Source: Aeromicrobium sp.
Lineage (GTDB): Bacteria; Actinomycetota; Actinomycetes; Propionibacteriales; Nocardioidaceae
Direction: 5' to 3'
Length of the DNA stretch: 64,000 nucleotides
NCBI RefSeq assembly: GCF_047607065.1
Contig: NZ_JASGDU010000054.1
Location: 135-64,134, forward strand
Under the pieces are notes generated by a model that saw only the letters and a program-made list of their open reading frames with translations, was not told where the DNA came from and did not search any database. Of the stretch, positions 29,326 to 41,461 are shown one piece after another. The position numbers were made by a program, and so were the translations under genes. The first letter of the stretch is position 1, and every line of letters begins with the position of its first letter.

Positions 29326-29784
29326 ATGCCCCGCGTCTTCTCCAGCCTCGACGATTTCAAGGCCGCCGCCGGCACCGAACTCGGCACCAGCGACTGGATC
29401 ACCGTCACCCAGGAACAGATCAACACCTTCGCCGACGCCACCGGCGATCACCAGTGGATCCACGTCGACCCCGAGGCCGCCGCGAAGGGTCCCTTCGGCA
29501 CCACCATCGCCCACGGCTACCTCACCTTGAGCCTGTTGCCGGTCTTCGCCGAGCAGATCTACGAGGTGCAGGGCCTGGCGATGGGCGTCAACTACGGTGC
29601 CAACAAGGTCCGCTTCCCCAACCCCGTGCCGGTCGGCTCCCGCCTGCGCGCCACCGCCACGCTCAAGGAGACCGCCGACATCGCCATCGGCACGCAGGCC
29701 ACCATCTCCTTCGTGGTCGAGCGCGAGGGTGCCGACAAGCCTGCCGTCGTCGCCGAGGTCGTCTACGTGATGGCGAGCGCCTGA
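29326..29784 (+). CDS. MaoC-like (R)-specific enoyl-CoA hydratase, hot-dog fold
   Basis: FADATGDHQWIHVDPEAAAKGPFGTTIAHGYL is the MaoC dehydratase motif. Confidence 0.85.
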   Translation: MPRVFSSLDDFKAAAGTELGTSDWITVTQEQINTFADATGDHQWIHVDPEAAAKGPFGTTIAHGYLTLSLLPVFAEQIYEVQGLAMGVNYGANKVRFPNPVPVGSRLRATATLKETADIAIGTQATISFVVEREGADKPAVVAEVVYVMASA

Positions 29785-29785
29785 C

Positions 29786-31018
29786 ATGCACTTCGGTTTC
29801 GACGACACCACGAACGCGCTGCTCGAACGGGTCGGTGCCTTCATGGACGAACACGTCTACCCGGCCGAGCCGGTGCTGGCGGCGCAACTACAGGAGCGGG
29901 TGCGCGCCGACGACTGGACGATCCCGGAGGTCATCGGCGACCTGCGCGAGAAGGGCAAGGCCGCAGGCCTGTGGAACTTCTTCATGCCGGGCGAGGGCAA
30001 CGGGGGTGCTGGTCTGACGAACCTCCAGTACGCGCCCATCGCCGAGCTGACCGGACGCAGCATCCAGCTCGCCCCGCAGGCGTTCAACTGTGCCGCGCCC
30101 GACACGGGCAACATGGAGGTCCTCCACATGTTCGGCACGCCCGAGCAGAAGGAGCGCTACCTCACGCCGCTGCTGGACGGCACGATCCGCTCGGCCTTCG
30201 CCATGACCGAGCCGGACGTCGCCAGTTCCGATGCCACCAACGTCGAGACGTCCATCGTGCGCGACGGCACCGACTACGTCATCAACGGCCGCAAGTTCTA
30301 CATCACCGGCGCGATGAACCCGAACTGCCGGGTCTTCATCGTCATGGGCAAGACCGATCTGTCGGCCGACCGCCATCGCCAGCAGTCGATGATCCTCGTC
30401 GACCGCGACACCCCGGGCGTCGAGATCGTGCGCGGTATGCACGTCTTCGGCTACCACGACCGCGACCACGGCGGTCATGCGGAGGTGATCTTCCGCGACG
30501 TGCGGGTGCCCGCCGCGAACCTCATCGGCGAGGAGGGTCAAGGGTTCGCCATCGCGCAGGCACGCCTCGGACCGGGCCGCATCCACCACTGCATGCGCTC
30601 CATCGGCATTGCCGAGCGGGTCGTCGAGATGCTGTGCCAGCGGGTGCAGAACCGGGTGGCTTTCGGCAAGCCGCTGGCACGGCAGGGCGTGATCCGCGAC
30701 TGGATCGCCGAGTCGCGGGTGCGGATCGAGCAGTTGCGGCTGCTGGTGCTCAAGACCGCCTGGCTCATGGACACCGTCGGCAACAAGGGTGCGCACACCG
30801 AGATCCAGGCGATCAAGATCGCGACGCCCGAGACGGTCAACTGGATCATCGACAGGGCGATCCAGGCGCACGGTGCGGCCGGGATCAGCCAGGACTTCCC
30901 GCTGGCCGAGATGTGGGCGGGCATCCGGACGCTGCGCTTCGCCGACGGTCCTGACGAGGTACACAAGAATTCGCTGGCCCGCGCGGAACTGCGCAAGCAC
31001 GCGAGTCCGCCGGTGTGA
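29786..31018 (+). CDS. fadE: acyl-CoA dehydrogenase
   Basis: 410 aa. AFAMTEPDVASSDATN, KFYITGA and the catalytic-base region ADGPDEVH are typical of the ACAD family. It begins 2 nt after the maoC stop. Confidence 0.9.
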   Translation: MHFGFDDTTNALLERVGAFMDEHVYPAEPVLAAQLQERVRADDWTIPEVIGDLREKGKAAGLWNFFMPGEGNGGAGLTNLQYAPIAELTGRSIQLAPQAFNCAAPDTGNMEVLHMFGTPEQKERYLTPLLDGTIRSAFAMTEPDVASSDATNVETSIVRDGTDYVINGRKFYITGAMNPNCRVFIVMGKTDLSADRHRQQSMILVDRDTPGVEIVRGMHVFGYHDRDHGGHAEVIFRDVRVPAANLIGEEGQGFAIAQARLGPGRIHHCMRSIGIAERVVEMLCQRVQNRVAFGKPLARQGVIRDWIAESRVRIEQLRLLVLKTAWLMDTVGNKGAHTEIQAIKIATPETVNWIIDRAIQAHGAAGISQDFPLAEMWAGIRTLRFADGPDEVHKNSLARAELRKHASPPV

Positions 31019-31032
31019 TCCCAGTCGTCACC

Positions 31033-31202
31033 GCGGTCCCTGAGGTGCACCCTTCGAGGCCGCTCGTTCCTCGCGGTACCTCAGGACCCGCGCAAGCACA
31101 CTGGTCCCTGAGGTGCGAGCTTGCGAGCCTCTAAGGGACCTACCACGGCGGGCTTCGTGGCTGAAAGCTCGCACCTCAATGACCGGTTCCGCCTATCTGC
31201 GG
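31033..31202. repeat. palindromic repeat family, two unit pairs + right TIR (cluster F)
   Basis: gcggtccctgaggtgcacccttcgaggccgctcgttcctcgcggtacctcaggaccc; ctggtccctgaggtgcgagcttgcgagcctctaagggacc; ...aaagctcgcacctcaatgaccggttCCGCCTATCTGCGG. Confidence 0.85.
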
Positions 31203-31221
31203 AGACCTCTAGGGTGTCGGC

Positions 31222-31587
31222 ATGGGTCGAGAGTCCAAGCGTGTCGTCGGCATGTGGCTGGCCGCTGTCGTCGTGACGGTCTCGTGGGCGATCTGGCTGG
31301 TCGACGGCTGGTCGTCCGACACCGTCACGGCAGCCCGGTTGGCGGTGATCGCCGCTGCGGTCGTCAGTGCAGTGATCGCCTATCAGACCTTCACGGTCGC
31401 GTCCTCGCGCGATCCCCTTCTCATCTCCTCGATGGCGGTCTCGTTGGTCGGCGGGGCCGCGCTGGTGTCGATGACGATGAACGCGCCGGCCGGGCAACTG
31501 CTCCCCCACGGCCCCTACGCGGTTGTGGGCGTGGTCGCCCTGATCTATGCCGCCGCAGCGATGACGTTCGCCGCGCGCCGCACCTGA
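31222..31587 (+). CDS. hypothetical small membrane protein (about 4 TM)
   Basis: 121-aa hydrophobic ORF (WLAAVVVTVSWAIWLV..., AVIAAAVVSAVIAY...). No recognisable motif. Confidence 0.45.
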   Translation: MGRESKRVVGMWLAAVVVTVSWAIWLVDGWSSDTVTAARLAVIAAAVVSAVIAYQTFTVASSRDPLLISSMAVSLVGGAALVSMTMNAPAGQLLPHGPYAVVGVVALIYAAAAMTFAARRT

Positions 31588-31642
31588 CTGCCCGGAGCCG
31601 TCAGCCTTCGCGGCCATGACGCTGACCTTCTAGGGTTGACGT

Positions 31643-32167
31643 GTGCGCCTGACCAACCCCCTGTGGTACCTCGCTGCGGTCCTCGTCGCCATCGCCGGAT
31701 CGATGGTGGGCACCGCCATCGCCGCGAGTGCCTGGGACGGCGTGCGCGATGCGGTCGTGGAGCCGGCCACCGAGCCGATCAACGCCGCCGGGCACTCGCT
31801 GGCGATCTTCACCGATCAGCTTCAGCCCGAGCGCGACATCGCCTGCCGATCCCGCCCGGCCGACCAGCCCGAGGCCGAGGGCACGGCGCTGAGCAAGGCC
31901 TCCATCGACATCGTCGTGGACCGCAACGGCAGCCAGTGGCACCTGATCGCCCTCGCCGCCGAGGGTCGCGACGGCGTCATCGTCAGCTGCCTGCCGGCCG
32001 ACGGAGCCGCCGACTCGGCCGCCTATGGCTATGCGGTCTTCGACGGCTCCGACAAGATCGACCGCGGCACGCAGGTCGGCGCTCTCTCGCTCGCTGCGGG
32101 CCTGGTGCTCGCCGGATTCGTATTCTGGTGTCGTTGGCAGGCCGGGCGCACTACTGAGGAGGACTGA
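31643..32167 (+). CDS. hypothetical membrane-anchored protein (N- and C-terminal TM)
   Basis: 174-aa ORF with GTG start. N-terminus WYLAAVLVAIAGSMVGTAIAA, C-terminus ALSLAAGLVLAGFVFW. No recognisable motif. Confidence 0.45.
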   Translation: MRLTNPLWYLAAVLVAIAGSMVGTAIAASAWDGVRDAVVEPATEPINAAGHSLAIFTDQLQPERDIACRSRPADQPEAEGTALSKASIDIVVDRNGSQWHLIALAAEGRDGVIVSCLPADGAADSAAYGYAVFDGSDKIDRGTQVGALSLAAGLVLAGFVFWCRWQAGRTTEED

Positions 32168-32168
32168 C

Positions 32169-33119
32169 ATGTCCCGCTGGAGTACCACCGACATCGGCGA
32201 CCAGACCGGACGGCGCTTCCTCGTCACCGGGGTCACTGGCGGCCTCGGCACGCAGATCGCGGGCGAACTGGCCCGGCACGGTGCCTCGCTCATCGTCACT
32301 GCCCGTGACGCCGCCAAGGCCGAGGCCACGCTCGAACGGGTGCGGCGGCTCGCGCCGGAGGCCGACATTCGGTTGGTCGACCTCGACCTGGCCGACCTGG
32401 CCTCGGTCGAGCGTGCTGCGGAGGCCGTGCACGGGCTGACCGACCGGATCGACGTGCTCGTCAACAACGCCGGGATCATGGTCCCGCCGCTGCGGCACAC
32501 CGCCGACGGCTTCGAGTTGCAGATCGGCACGAACCACCTGGGACATTTCGCCCTGACCGCCCGGCTGTGGCCGCTGCTGGCCGACGCGCCGGGCGCGCGC
32601 GTCGTGACCGTTTCGTCGCTGGCGCACACGGCGGCGCGCCGTGTCGATCTGCGCAGTCTGACGCCCGAGGGTGCGCCGCGCCGCTACCGCCGCTGGCCGG
32701 TGTACGCCGAGTCGAAGCTCGCCAATCTCCAGTTCGCTCAGGAGCTGCATCGTCGCGCCGGAGCGGCGGGACTCGACGTGGCGAGCGTCGCCGCGCATCC
32801 GGGATTCGCGGCGACCGAACTGACCAAGACCGGATGGGGCCTCGGCGGACTCGCGCCGGTCGGCTTCGTCATGCACCAGGGGACCAAGGTCATCGCGCAG
32901 TCGGCGCATGCGGGGGCGATGCCGATCCTCATGGCGGCCACAGACCCGGCCCTGACCGGCGGCGAATACCTCGGGCCGCAGGGGTTCCGCGGGCTTCGCG
33001 GTCGTCCCGGTCCCAGCCCGATGACGCGGGCCGCCCGTGACGCCGACCTCGGTGCCGCGCTGTGGGCGGCCTCCGAGAGCGCGGCGGGTCTGTCCTTCCC
33101 CGTCACCTCTGCGGGGTAG
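32169..33119 (+). CDS. short-chain dehydrogenase/reductase (retinol-dehydrogenase/WWOX-like subgroup)
   Basis: Track ORF 32025..33119 is over-extended. The ATG at 32169 has GAGGAGGA upstream. Motifs: LVTGVTGGLGTQIA, NNAG, YAESKLAN. Confidence 0.85.
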   Translation: MSRWSTTDIGDQTGRRFLVTGVTGGLGTQIAGELARHGASLIVTARDAAKAEATLERVRRLAPEADIRLVDLDLADLASVERAAEAVHGLTDRIDVLVNNAGIMVPPLRHTADGFELQIGTNHLGHFALTARLWPLLADAPGARVVTVSSLAHTAARRVDLRSLTPEGAPRRYRRWPVYAESKLANLQFAQELHRRAGAAGLDVASVAAHPGFAATELTKTGWGLGGLAPVGFVMHQGTKVIAQSAHAGAMPILMAATDPALTGGEYLGPQGFRGLRGRPGPSPMTRAARDADLGAALWAASESAAGLSFPVTSAG

Positions 33120-33183
33120 GGCTGCTGCTGGCTGTACCGCCCACCCGGAGGGCGGGCGACCTCAGGGAAGTGCTGGTTGAGAC

Positions 33184-33395
33184 GTGCCGAAGATAGGTCC
33201 GCTGGCTGAGGTGCGCCCTTCGAGGCCGCTCGTTCCTCGCGGTACCTCAGGACCCGCGAGGAACGAGCGAGCCGGGTCCTGAGGTGCGAGGAGCGGTCCC
33301 TGAGGTGTGAGGCCGCTCGCGGCCGAGCCTCGAAGGGTGAAGCCTGCCGTAGGTGGATCATTTCGAGGCTCGCAAGCTCGCACCTCAGGGACCGG
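33184..33395. repeat. palindromic repeat family, array of about 3 full + 3 partial units (cluster G)
   Basis: Degenerate left end gtgccgaagataggtccgctggctgaggtgcg. Then cccttcgaggccgctcgttcctcgcggtacctcaggaccc; gggtcctgaggtgcgaggagc; ggtccctgaggtgtgaggccgctcgcggccgagcctcgaagggtg; ggatcatttcgaggctcgcaagctcgcacctcagggaccgg. Confidence 0.85.
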
Positions 33396-33404
33396 CGGGT
33401 GGCC

Positions 33405-34154
33405 TCAGCGGTCGGTACGGCGGATGACGGTGAGCCGCTTCTGCTCGTCGACGGCCTCCTCGTAGGCGGTGACGAGTGCCTGTACGGTCAGCGGCTTGAA
33501 GCGCTCGACCATCGTCGTCAGCAGCTCGGGCGGGTAGTCGGACGCTTTGAGGTGCGGCCAGACGGCCACGCGGAACATCTCGGTGAGCTGCTGGGCGAGC
33601 TGGCTGCTGTGCTCGGTGATGATCTTGCGCGCGGCGAGCGCGGCCTCAATGGGCAGCGTCGCGTCGAGGAAACTGACGCCGATGGCCAGGTGCGCCGGGG
33701 CGAGCCGGAACTGATCCTCGACCGGCGTCGGCTCGACCACGCCGAGCGCCACCAGCACCTCGATGTCGTCGTCGGACAGCGCGCGGCCGCAGCGCGTCTC
33801 CAGCGCGGCCCGGTCGACGGTCTCGGGCATCTCCGGCGTCCACGGCGCCAGCAGCGTGCGGTGCAGCGCGACCTGCTCGGGCGTGGCGTCGGCCGGGATG
33901 CGTTCGAGGTAGCCCTCGATGGCCGACAGTGTGAAGCCGTGGGCCTGGAGTTCGCGGACGAGTTCGAGCCGGGCCAGGTGATCGGGGCCGTAATAGCCGT
34001 TGCGGCCCTCGCGCCGCGGCGGGGGGATGAGGCCGCGGCCGGCGTAGAACCGGACCGTCCGTACCGTCATGCCGACGCGCGCGGCCAGTTGCTCCACGGT
34101 CAGCGTCTGTTCGGCGTCGGGGTCGGCGGTCACGGTGCCGAGAGTAGCCCGCAT
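33405..34154 (-). CDS. MerR family transcriptional regulator
   Basis: LTVEQLAARVGMTVRTVRFYAGRGLIPPPRR...GYYGPDHLARLELVRELQAHGFTLSAIEGYL. Confidence 0.85.
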   Translation of the reverse strand: MRATLGTVTADPDAEQTLTVEQLAARVGMTVRTVRFYAGRGLIPPPRREGRNGYYGPDHLARLELVRELQAHGFTLSAIEGYLERIPADATPEQVALHRTLLAPWTPEMPETVDRAALETRCGRALSDDDIEVLVALGVVEPTPVEDQFRLAPAHLAIGVSFLDATLPIEAALAARKIITEHSSQLAQQLTEMFRVAVWPHLKASDYPPELLTTMVERFKPLTVQALVTAYEEAVDEQKRLTVIRRTDR

Positions 34155-34183
34155 CGGCGCGCCGACAGCCCCTGGTTGATGTT

Positions 34184-34199
34184 GACAGTAGTGGTGTCA
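34184..34199. promoter_or_regulatory. candidate operator / -35 region between merR and fadA
   Basis: gTTGACAgtagtggTGTCAc: TGACA-N6-TGTCA inverted repeat that includes a TTGACA hexamer. Speculative. Confidence 0.25.
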
Positions 34200-34296
34200 C
34201 AATGAAACGGCGCGGTGTCCCACCGTGCGCCCCTCCGTGCTGGCATCCTCAGCGAGTCAGCCGACATGACCCACTCGTCTGCGAGGACTCACACCC

Positions 34297-35511
<1,215 letters not shown>

Positions 35512-35541
35512 CCCGACCTCACCGAAGAAGAGAGAACTCAC

Positions 35542-37725
35542 ATGACTGAAGCAGTGCGTTACGAGGTCGACGGCGGCATCGTCAACCTCGTCATCGACGA
35601 CCCGACCCAGTCGGCCAACACGATGAACCCGATCTACTCCGCCTCGATGGCCAAGGCCGTCGACCGGCTCGCCGACGAGATCGCCGCCGACGGCGACGCG
35701 ATCAAGGGCGTCATCGTCTCCAGTGCGAAGAAGACCTTCTTCGCCGGCGGCGACCTCAAGCTGATGATGCAGTCCGGCCCCGAGGATGCTGCGCGCCTCT
35801 TCGAGGAGATCGAGGCGATCAAGGCCACGCTGCGCAAGCTGGAGACCATCGGCAAGCCGGTCGTCGCGGCGATCAACGGTGCCGCGCTCGGCGGCGGCCT
35901 GGAGATCGCCCTGGCCTGTCATCACCGCGTCGCGGCCGAGGGCCGCTACGAGATCGGCCTGCCCGAGGTCACCCTCGGCCTGCTGCCCGGCGGCGGAGGC
36001 GTCACCCGCACGGTGCGCATGTTCGGCATTCAGGACGCGCTGATGAACATCCTGCTGCAGGGTCCGCGCGTGAAGCCGGACAAGGCGCAGGCGCTCGGCC
36101 TGGTCGACGAGCTGGTCGCGCCCGAGGAGCTGCTGGGTGCGGCGAAGGCCTGGATCGAGTCGGTCCAGGGCGACGCGGACGCGGCCAGCCAGCCGTGGGA
36201 TCGCCGTGGTTACAAGATGCCCGGCGGCACCCCGTCGAACCCGAAGCTCGCCATGAACCTGCCCGGCTTCCCCTCGATGCTGCGCAAGCAGATCAAGGGC
36301 GCGGCCTACAAGGCGCCGCGCAGCATCCTGGCTGCGGCGGTCGAGGGCGCGCAGGTCGACTTCGACACCGCCAGCCGGATCGAGTCGCGCTACCTCGTCG
36401 ACCTCATCACCGGCCAGCAGTTCAAGAACATGACGCAGGCGTTCTTCTTCGATCTCGGGGCGATCAACGCCGGCGGCTCGCGTCCCGACGGCATCGAGGC
36501 GACGAAGGCGACCAAGCTGGCCATCCTCGGCGCGGGCATGATGGGCGCGGGCATCGCCTACGTCTCGGCGCGCAACGGCATCGAGTGCGTGCTCAAGGAC
36601 ATCTCTTTGGAGGCGGCCGAGAAGGGCAAGCAGTACTCGGTAAACCTGCTCGACAAGGCCGTCTCGCGCGGCAAGATCACGCAGGAGAAGGCCGACGAGA
36701 TCCTGGCCCGCATCACCCCGACGGCCGACTACGCCGACCTCGCGGGCTGCGACTTCGTCATCGAAGCGGTTTTCGAGTCCGTCGAGCTGAAGCATTCGGT
36801 CTTCGGCGAGCTGGAGCCGATCGTCAACGCCGACGCGCTGCTCGGCTCGAACACGTCGACGCTGCCCATCACCGACCTGGCCGAGGGCGTCAAGCGTCCC
36901 GAGGACTTCATCGGCATCCACTTCTTCTCCCCGGTCGACAAGATGCCGCTGGTGGAGATCATCGTGGGCGAGAAGACCTCCGATGCGGCCATCGCGCGAG
37001 CCATCGACTACACCAAGCAGATCAAGAAGACGCCCATCGTCGTCAACGACAGCCGCGGCTTCTTCACCTCGCGGGTGTTCGGCACGCTGGTCATGGAGGG
37101 CGCGCAGATGGTCGGCGAGGGCATCAACCCCATCACCATCGAGCGGGCGGCCTCGCTGGCCGGCTTCCCGGGTCAGCCGCTGGCGATGATCGACGAGGTG
37201 TCGCTGACGCTGCCGCAGAAGATCGCCGCAGAGGCCAAGAAGGCCGCCGAGGATGAGGGCAAGGTGTTCCCCGACAGCCTCGCGATGGACGTCGTCAACA
37301 AGCTGGTCGACCTGGACCGCAAGGGCAAGGCCGCCGGCGCGGGCTTCTACGAGTACCCCGAGGGTGGCAAGAAGTACCTGTGGCCGGGCCTGGCCGAACT
37401 CTTCGGCGGGGACAAGGAGATCCCGCTCGAGGACATCAAGGAGCGCCTGACGTTCATCATGTCCATCGAGACGATCCGCTGTGTCGAGGAGGGCGTGCTG
37501 CGCACCACCGCCGACGCCAACATCGGCTCGATCTTCGGCATCGGCTTCCCGCCGCTGCAGGGCGGTGCGCTGCAGTACGTCAACGGGTACGAGGCGGCTG
37601 ACGGCCGGATCGGCATCGAGGCGTTCACCGAGCGCGCGCAGGAGCTGGCTGCGGCCTACGGCGAGCGTTTCGCTCCGCCGCAGTTGCTGCTCGACAAGGC
37701 CGCGAAGGGCGAGAAGTTCGCCTGA
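35542..37725 (+). CDS. fadB: fatty-acid oxidation complex alpha subunit (enoyl-CoA hydratase + 3-hydroxyacyl-CoA dehydrogenase)
   Basis: 727 aa. Crotonase part FFAGGDL...AAINGAALGGGLEIALAC. Rossmann part LAILGAGMMGAGIAY. HFFSPV motif. Confidence 0.95.
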   Translation: MTEAVRYEVDGGIVNLVIDDPTQSANTMNPIYSASMAKAVDRLADEIAADGDAIKGVIVSSAKKTFFAGGDLKLMMQSGPEDAARLFEEIEAIKATLRKLETIGKPVVAAINGAALGGGLEIALACHHRVAAEGRYEIGLPEVTLGLLPGGGGVTRTVRMFGIQDALMNILLQGPRVKPDKAQALGLVDELVAPEELLGAAKAWIESVQGDADAASQPWDRRGYKMPGGTPSNPKLAMNLPGFPSMLRKQIKGAAYKAPRSILAAAVEGAQVDFDTASRIESRYLVDLITGQQFKNMTQAFFFDLGAINAGGSRPDGIEATKATKLAILGAGMMGAGIAYVSARNGIECVLKDISLEAAEKGKQYSVNLLDKAVSRGKITQEKADEILARITPTADYADLAGCDFVIEAVFESVELKHSVFGELEPIVNADALLGSNTSTLPITDLAEGVKRPEDFIGIHFFSPVDKMPLVEIIVGEKTSDAAIARAIDYTKQIKKTPIVVNDSRGFFTSRVFGTLVMEGAQMVGEGINPITIERAASLAGFPGQPLAMIDEVSLTLPQKIAAEAKKAAEDEGKVFPDSLAMDVVNKLVDLDRKGKAAGAGFYEYPEGGKKYLWPGLAELFGGDKEIPLEDIKERLTFIMSIETIRCVEEGVLRTTADANIGSIFGIGFPPLQGGALQYVNGYEAADGRIGIEAFTERAQELAAAYGERFAPPQLLLDKAAKGEKFA

Positions 37726-37746
37726 CGGGCCGGTCTGACAGCCGGT

Positions 37747-37782
37747 GAGGGGTTGTGGTCGCCACGGCGGCCACAACCCCTC
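37747..37782. terminator. hairpin between convergent fadB and SDR genes
   Basis: GAGGGGTTGTGG (37747-37758) pairs with CCACAACCCCTC (37771-37782), a 12-bp perfect stem. No clear U tract. Confidence 0.5.
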
Positions 37783-37816
37783 ATTGCCGTTCGGGGGAAC
37801 CGATGCTTCCTGACAC

Positions 37817-37846
37817 GGTTCCGCCAGCGGACCTATTGGCGGAACC
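37817..37846. repeat. solo palindrome built from repeat-family end sequences
   Basis: GGTTCCGCCA-gcggacctat-TGGCGGAACC. gccagcggacctat equals the reverse complement of 33192-33205, and ggcggaacc equals the left-end sequence at 14269-14277. Confidence 0.5.
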
Positions 37847-37873
37847 TCTTGCCCCCGATCAGTGGGACATGGC

Positions 37874-38731
37874 TCAGTGCAGCCGCAGGGCGGGGTTCAT
37901 CGGACCCTTCGGCTCGACCCAGAAGTCGAGCGCGAGGTCCTCTTCCTTCCCGCCGTTGAGGTAGACGCTGAAGTCGGTCACGCCAGCCTCGGCCAGCACA
38001 TCGTCGTCGATGAAGAAGTGTCCGGTGCACTCGCGGCTCGGGCGGGTGAGGATCTCGTAGGCGGCGTCGGCCATGATCGCGGGCGTGCGCGAGTTGGCGC
38101 TCAGACCGGGGCCGACCACATTGCGCACCGCAGCGGTGTCGATGGCGGTGCGCGGCCACAGTGAGTTCGCCGCGATGCCGTCCTCGCGCAACTCGCCGGA
38201 CAGGCCCAGCGTTACCAGGCTCATGCCGAACTTCGCGATGGTGTAACCGGTGAAGGTCGTGTGCCACTTCGGGTCGAGCTCCAGCGGCGGGCTGAGCGTG
38301 AGGATGTGCGCGTTGGCCGACTGCCGCAGCCACGGGATGCACGTCTTGGACAGCAAGAAGGTGCCGCGGCAGTTGATGTCGTTCATCAGGTCGTACTTCT
38401 TCATCGGCAGGTCTTCGGTGCGCGTCAGGTCGATGGCGCTGGCGTTGTTGACCACGATGTCGATACCGCCGAAGGTCTCGGCGGTCTGGGCGACGGCGTC
38501 GATGACGAAGGCGTCGTCGCGGACGTCGCCGACGAGCGGCAGGGCGCGGCCGCCGGCCTCCTCGATGGCCTTCGCTGCCGTGTAGATCGTGCCGGGCAGG
38601 TTCGGGTGCGGCTCGGACGACTTGGCCAGCAGCGCCACGTTGGCCCCGTCGCGCGCGGCACGGACGGCGATGGCCTCGCCGATGCCGCGGCTGCCGCCGG
38701 ACATGATGATCGTGACTTCGGACAGCGACAT
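37874..38731 (-). CDS. short-chain dehydrogenase/reductase (HSDL2-like)
   Basis: IIMSGGSRGIGEAIA, NNAS, YTIAKFGMS. Confidence 0.85.
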   Translation of the reverse strand: MSLSEVTIIMSGGSRGIGEAIAVRAARDGANVALLAKSSEPHPNLPGTIYTAAKAIEEAGGRALPLVGDVRDDAFVIDAVAQTAETFGGIDIVVNNASAIDLTRTEDLPMKKYDLMNDINCRGTFLLSKTCIPWLRQSANAHILTLSPPLELDPKWHTTFTGYTIAKFGMSLVTLGLSGELREDGIAANSLWPRTAIDTAAVRNVVGPGLSANSRTPAIMADAAYEILTRPSRECTGHFFIDDDVLAEAGVTDFSVYLNGGKEEDLALDFWVEPKGPMNPALRLH

Positions 38732-38788
38732 GGGTCCTCCTGAATGTGACTGCCGTCATCATGGCAGTGCCGGTGGGACGATGTCAGG

Positions 38789-39466
38789 GTGATGAACGAA
38801 AACTCCGATCTGCTGGTGCTGACCGACCAGATCGTGCGGGCGCGATGGAGCTGTCGCGGCTTCCGGCCCGATCCGGTGCCCCGGCCGCTGATCGAGCGCC
38901 TCCTCGAGACCGCGCAGGCGACGCCGTCATGGTGCAACGTCCAGCCGTGGCAGGTGGCGGTGGTGTCCGGGGAGGCTCTGGACGAGCTGCGCGCGGCGGT
39001 CGCGGCCGACGAGCGCTGGGGGTCCGACATCGACTTCCCGCCCGGCTACGACGGCGAGTACGCGGTGCGCCGCCGGGCGGTCGGCTGGCAGTTGTACGAG
39101 GCGGTCGGGGTGGCGCGCGATGATCGGGAGGCGTCCGCGCGGCAGATGATGCGCAACTTCGACTTCTTCGGCGCGCCGCATCTGGCGGTGATCTCGGCAC
39201 CGGCGAGCCTCGGCCCGTACGGCCTGGTCGACTGCGGCCTGTACGTGCAGTCCTTCCTGCTCGCGGCGCAGGCGGCGGGGGTGGCGACGTGCGCGCAGGC
39301 GGCAGTGGCGATGAAGTCGGTGCTGCTGCGCGAGCGGTTCGGCTGGGGTGAGGACCGCCGGGTGGTCTGCGGTGTGTCCTTCGGCTGGCCCGACCCCGAC
39401 CATCCGGTGAACTCCTTCCGCGCCCCGCGCGTCCCCGTAGCCGACGCCGTCACCTTCCACGACTGA
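38789..39466 (+). CDS. nitroreductase family protein
   Basis: [36 protein letters not shown] is a typical nitroreductase N-terminus. GTG start. Confidence 0.8.
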   Translation: MMNENSDLLVLTDQIVRARWSCRGFRPDPVPRPLIERLLETAQATPSWCNVQPWQVAVVSGEALDELRAAVAADERWGSDIDFPPGYDGEYAVRRRAVGWQLYEAVGVARDDREASARQMMRNFDFFGAPHLAVISAPASLGPYGLVDCGLYVQSFLLAAQAAGVATCAQAAVAMKSVLLRERFGWGEDRRVVCGVSFGWPDPDHPVNSFRAPRVPVADAVTFHD

Positions 39467-39566
39467 GGGGCGGTGTCGCGGGGCAGACGTCCCCGATCGC
39501 TCCTCAGGCGGCGTAACTATCGCGCACGATCGAGTCACAGCACGGCGATCTCTCCATCAGTGCCGC

Positions 39567-41454
<1,888 letters not shown>

Positions 41455-41461
41455 CACGGCG

